Of a stretch of DNA of 10,658 nucleotides, positions 7,801 through 10,658 are shown piece by piece. A model generated the notes under the pieces. It had not been told where the DNA came from and searched no databases. It worked only from the letters and a program-made list of their open reading frames with translations. Origin of the DNA: Elusimicrobiota bacterium (lineage in GTDB: Bacteria > Elusimicrobiota > Elusimicrobia > UBA1565); contig JBDREN010000051.1 in the NCBI GenBank assembly GCA_043819795.1, forward strand, positions 1-10,658, read 5' to 3'. A program made the translations under genes and the position numbers. Position 1 is the stretch's first letter. Each line of letters opens with the position of its first letter.

Positions 7801-7806
7801 TAAGAT
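7801..7806 (+). promoter_or_regulatory. Putative -10 element (TAAGAT), 7 nt upstream of ATG 7814
   Basis: AT-rich gataaactagTAAGATaacctcgATG with no Shine-Dalgarno; the spacing would put the transcription start at or next to the ATG. Confidence 0.45.
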
Positions 7807-7813
7807 AACCTCG

Positions 7814-8425
7814 ATGGGCGTCTTGGAGAAGGCCGGGGACGCGGCCAAGGGGCTGTGGATGCGCTTCGCGTTGCGCGGGGTGCGGTACAGCGACGATTAC
7901 GCGAGGCTCGATTCCGCCTACCGCGTCCCGGACCCCTGGCGTCTGGGGTCCGAGGCCGAGCGCTACCGTTTCGAGCAGACCAACCGGATCATCGTCCGCG
8001 AGTTCGGGCGGGTGGGCAGCCTGCTGGAGGTGGGCTGCGGGGAGGGTCATCAGACCCGGCGCCTCCGGGAGGTATGCGAGCGGGTCCACGGGATAGACGT
8101 CAGTCCGAGGGCGATCGAGCGGGCCAGAGCCGGATGCCCCGGGGCCGCCTTCTCGACTTGCGACCTATTCTCCCCGGACCTCGCGGCCGGAGGCCGGCGC
8201 TTCGACCTCGTCGTGGCGTGCGAGGTCCTGTACTACATGCGGGACGTCCCCGCGGCCGTGCGGCGGATGGGCGAGCTGGGCAAGGGCTGCCTCGTCACGT
8301 ATTTCGACGGGGAGATGGCGGCCTTGGACGCGCGTCTTCCTGCGCTTAACGGGGCGGGCTCGGCCGTATTCGGGTCCGGAGGCACCGAGTGGAAGGCCGT
8401 TTGGTGGCGCGATGAGAAGGTTTAA
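7814..8425 (+). CDS. Class I SAM-dependent methyltransferase, NodS-like
   Basis: Y...DPWRL...ERYR N-terminal motif, LLEVGCGEG (motif I), GIDVSPRAIERAR, FDLVVACEVLYYM. The DPW plus xEVLYY combination is typical of NodS-family proteins. Confidence 0.85.
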   Translation: MGVLEKAGDAAKGLWMRFALRGVRYSDDYARLDSAYRVPDPWRLGSEAERYRFEQTNRIIVREFGRVGSLLEVGCGEGHQTRRLREVCERVHGIDVSPRAIERARAGCPGAAFSTCDLFSPDLAAGGRRFDLVVACEVLYYMRDVPAAVRRMGELGKGCLVTYFDGEMAALDARLPALNGAGSAVFGSGGTEWKAVWWRDEKV

Positions 8426-9524
8426 TCTCGTCCCCGGGGCTCCCGTCCTGCGGTTGAGCCAGCTGCGCGGGCGCGCCCCGCTGCGTCCCCCCACGGGCTT
8501 CTGGTTCTCCTTCGAGCGCTACGCGCTCATCCACTATCTCGAGTTCGTGTCGAGCCGCCGGGACCGGCCGGTGAAGACCGTGCTGTGCCCGGATTACATG
8601 TGCCATGAGGTGATCCAGTCCCTGCGCGATCACGGCTTCGGCGTGGAGTACTACCCGTTGGAGAGCGGCTTCCGGATCGATCCCGGCCGCATCGAGGAGA
8701 GGATCGACGCCCTGGGAGGGGCCCCGGCCGCGCTCATCGTGGTGGATTTCTACGGGAGGATGGTGCGCAACCTGGCGGAGATCGCCTCCCTCTGCGAAGA
8801 CAAGGGCGTGCATCTCATCGAGGACTGCGCGCACCTGCCCTACCCGTTTCCCGGGCCGGAGCGGGAGGCCCCCTGCGAGGCGAGGTTCTACACCTTCCGG
8901 AAAGTGTACGGAGTCCCTTACGGCTCGACGGCGGCGCTCAAGGACGGGCAAGAGGGTTTCAACCGGTTCGTCGAGGAGAAGGTCGAGCGCAGGCCCGACG
9001 GCAGCGCGTCGGGGGTCGCCAAGTGGGTCCTGCGGGAGCTCGGCAAGAAGCTGGTCATCGAGTCGGGCCTTCCCTACAGAAGAGAATACCGCGATCTGTC
9101 GCAGGACCCGCTCAAGCCCTACAACTTCTCGCATCCCTGGGTCGAGCGCATGCTGCCCGAGGATGAAGCCCTCCGCTCCGTCGAGCGCCGGAGAGCGAAC
9201 TGCCGGGCCTACGCCGAGATGGCGACCCTTTTCGAAGGCTGGGCCGAGCCTCTGGACTTCGACCTCGAGCGCGACGTTCCGTACCAACTGCTTCTGCTTC
9301 TGCGCGAGGGGCTGAGCCCCCTCGAGCTCATCGAGTTCTTCCTGGCCAACGGGGTGTCCGCGGTCCGCGGGCTCGCCCTGCATCCGGAGGTGCTCTCGGG
9401 GCTTCCCGGGGGTCATCCCTACCGGCGCCAGGTCGCCCTGCCCTTGCACCAGGACGTGTCCTCCGACGACATCGGCTACGTCCGCGACATGGTCCGGAGA
9501 TTCAAAAAGAGGAAGAGGATATGA
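8412..9524 (+). CDS. DegT/DnrJ/EryC1/StrS-like PLP-dependent (sugar aminotransferase fold) protein, divergent
   Basis: VLCPDYMCHEV, VVDFYG, LIEDCAH (PLP-binding Asp), YTFRK (candidate Schiff-base Lys), RRRAN, VALPLHQDVS. Overlaps the methyltransferase by 14 nt. Confidence 0.75.
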   Translation: MRRFNLVPGAPVLRLSQLRGRAPLRPPTGFWFSFERYALIHYLEFVSSRRDRPVKTVLCPDYMCHEVIQSLRDHGFGVEYYPLESGFRIDPGRIEERIDALGGAPAALIVVDFYGRMVRNLAEIASLCEDKGVHLIEDCAHLPYPFPGPEREAPCEARFYTFRKVYGVPYGSTAALKDGQEGFNRFVEEKVERRPDGSASGVAKWVLRELGKKLVIESGLPYRREYRDLSQDPLKPYNFSHPWVERMLPEDEALRSVERRRANCRAYAEMATLFEGWAEPLDFDLERDVPYQLLLLLREGLSPLELIEFFLANGVSAVRGLALHPEVLSGLPGGHPYRRQVALPLHQDVSSDDIGYVRDMVRRFKKRKRI

Positions 9525-9528
9525 GGCG

Positions 9529-9816
9529 ATGACCGGCGTCCCCGACGGGCCCGACGAGGACTGGTTCGCTCCGGAGAATATCCGAGGCTTGGAGGACGAG
9601 GCGGCCGCCAAGGCCCAGGATGACCGCCTGGCCGCCCGCGACGTGTTCGCCGCCTACCACGCCCTGGGCACGGGGCGCACCGACGAGTTCGCCCGGTTCC
9701 ATGCGGTCATGGACGAGCTCGAGGCGGAGCGCTACGCGTCGGAGCTCGCGAAGCTGGTCGGGGGAAGCCCCGCGATCCGGGCCGGGGTCATTCTTGCAGA
9801 GGTAGCTCCACCATGA
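9529..9816 (+). CDS. Small acidic hypothetical protein (95 aa)
   Basis: Fills the gap between two genes: ATG 4 nt after the upstream TGA with purine-rich sequence before it, and its stop overlaps the next ATG (ATGA). Third codon positions are GC-rich like the host genes. No family recognised. Confidence 0.65.
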   Translation: MTGVPDGPDEDWFAPENIRGLEDEAAAKAQDDRLAARDVFAAYHALGTGRTDEFARFHAVMDELEAERYASELAKLVGGSPAIRAGVILAEVAPP

Positions 9817-10658
9817 AACAACCTGCTGATTTCTTAATGATTTATCCGCATTCAGATGTGGAAGCATATTCACAGCGAGTCCTTCTGTCTGTTCTGAAGG
9901 CGGAAGGATTCTCCGTACATTTGCTGCTGATCCCATCAAGCGATGAAATGCGGCAAAGTCCGCTAATGCAGGAAGGCTTTTTGGATATGATCTCGATGTC
10001 CAAAATTATCGGATTTGGGTTCATGTCTACTGGGTATCGTAGTGCATCCTATTTGACCAAGCTTATTAGAAGCAAATTCAAGAAGCCGGTCATCTGGGGT
10101 GGGCCGCACTGCACTACAAGTTTTAGGCACCTTATTGGCGCGGCTGATGCTATATTTGTGGGCGAAAGTGAAGCGGTATTGTCGAAATATGTCTCCCTAA
10201 CCCTGGCCGGAAAATCTGTCGAACAGTTGCCGCAAATGGTCACGGACGACCCCCGGTTCATTCCTGCCAACAAAGATGATTTTGTCAGCGATCTGGATAA
10301 ATTGCCGCTTGCCCATTATTCAAGGGATGGGCAAACATTGATTTATCGCGGCTCAATTGAAGATGATGTGAACAAATTTAAAATACGTTTTGGCGACATG
10401 CATGTCATGACGACGCGCGGATGTCCATATCAGTGCTCCTATTGCGCTAATTCCTATTTGAAACAATTCTTGCCGGAAGGCGTTAAGCCGTTGAGGATGA
10501 AAGATTTCGACCTTGTCATCAAGGAGGTTTCCAAGTACAGAGAAATCTATGGATTGAACAGCGTCGCCATTGAAGATGATTTGTTTTTGATCCGCCCCGC
10601 CGATGAGATTGAGTCGTTCGTGGCCAAGTATAACGCGCAAGTGAATGCGCCGATCAGC
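9813..10658 (+). CDS. B12-binding domain radical SAM protein (class B methyltransferase-like), truncated by the window edge
   Basis: Hand translation from ATG 9813 (GAGGT 9 nt upstream) is open to the edge, 282 codons: MKQPADFLMIYP...IIGFGFMS...PVIWGGPHCT...DAIFVGESE...DLDKLPLA...MTTRGCPYQCSYCAN (CxxxCxxC at 10422-10445)...IEDDLF. Confidence 0.92.
   Translation, partial: MKQPADFLMIYPHSDVEAYSQRVLLSVLKAEGFSVHLLLIPSSDEMRQSPLMQEGFLDMISMSKIIGFGFMSTGYRSASYLTKLIRSKFKKPVIWGGPHCTTSFRHLIGAADAIFVGESEAVLSKYVSLTLAGKSVEQLPQMVTDDPRFIPANKDDFVSDLDKLPLAHYSRDGQTLIYRGSIEDDVNKFKIRFGDMHVMTTRGCPYQCSYCANSYLKQFLPEGVKPLRMKDFDLVIKEVSKYREIYGLNSVAIEDDLFLIRPADEIESFVAKYNAQVNAPIS

Noticed and set aside
7709..8089. N-terminal extension of the RmlD-like ORF
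   Set aside because: Runs through the divergent promoter region and antisense to the methyltransferase; the Rossmann fold begins at Met 7708.
8346..9611. 421-aa minus-strand ORF
   Set aside because: Antisense shadow of the DegT-like gene.
9842..10640. Three short minus-strand ORFs in the low-GC segment
   Set aside because: All are antisense to the continuous plus-strand radical SAM frame.
1..10658. CRISPR arrays, tRNA/rRNA, IS elements, ops/JUMPstart element
   Set aside because: The window is almost fully coding; by eye I found no spaced repeats, transposase/integrase motifs or intergenic GGCGGTAG. Short repeats such as CCCGACG twice near 9541-9556 just encode PDGPDE.

Overview
High-GC (about 70% by eye) bacterial cell-surface polysaccharide (LPS O-antigen or EPS) biosynthesis and tailoring locus, arranged as two divergent arms around a 105-bp intergenic region (7709-7813). 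The minus arm, in transcription order, encodes an RmlD-like SDR, a KdsD/KpsF arabinose-5-phosphate isomerase, a GT2 glycosyltransferase, a FemABX-like GNAT transferase, a CE4 polysaccharide deacetylase, a ~799-aa glycosyltransferase-Wzx flippase fusion, and an O-antigen ligase/polymerase-family membrane protein that runs off the left edge. The plus arm encodes a NodS-like SAM methyltransferase, a divergent DegT-type PLP enzyme, a 95-aa acidic ORF, and a markedly lower-GC B12-binding radical SAM gene that runs off the right edge. The two edge genes are absent from the supplied ORF track and were translated by hand. The most notable points are the GT-flippase fusion, a translationally coupled GT2/Fem/deacetylase module suggesting deacetylation then (amino)acylation of a glycan, a sharp GC drop at about 9800, and -10-like boxes directly upstream of start codons that suggest leaderless mRNAs. 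All product calls rest on motif recognition only; no database search was run.
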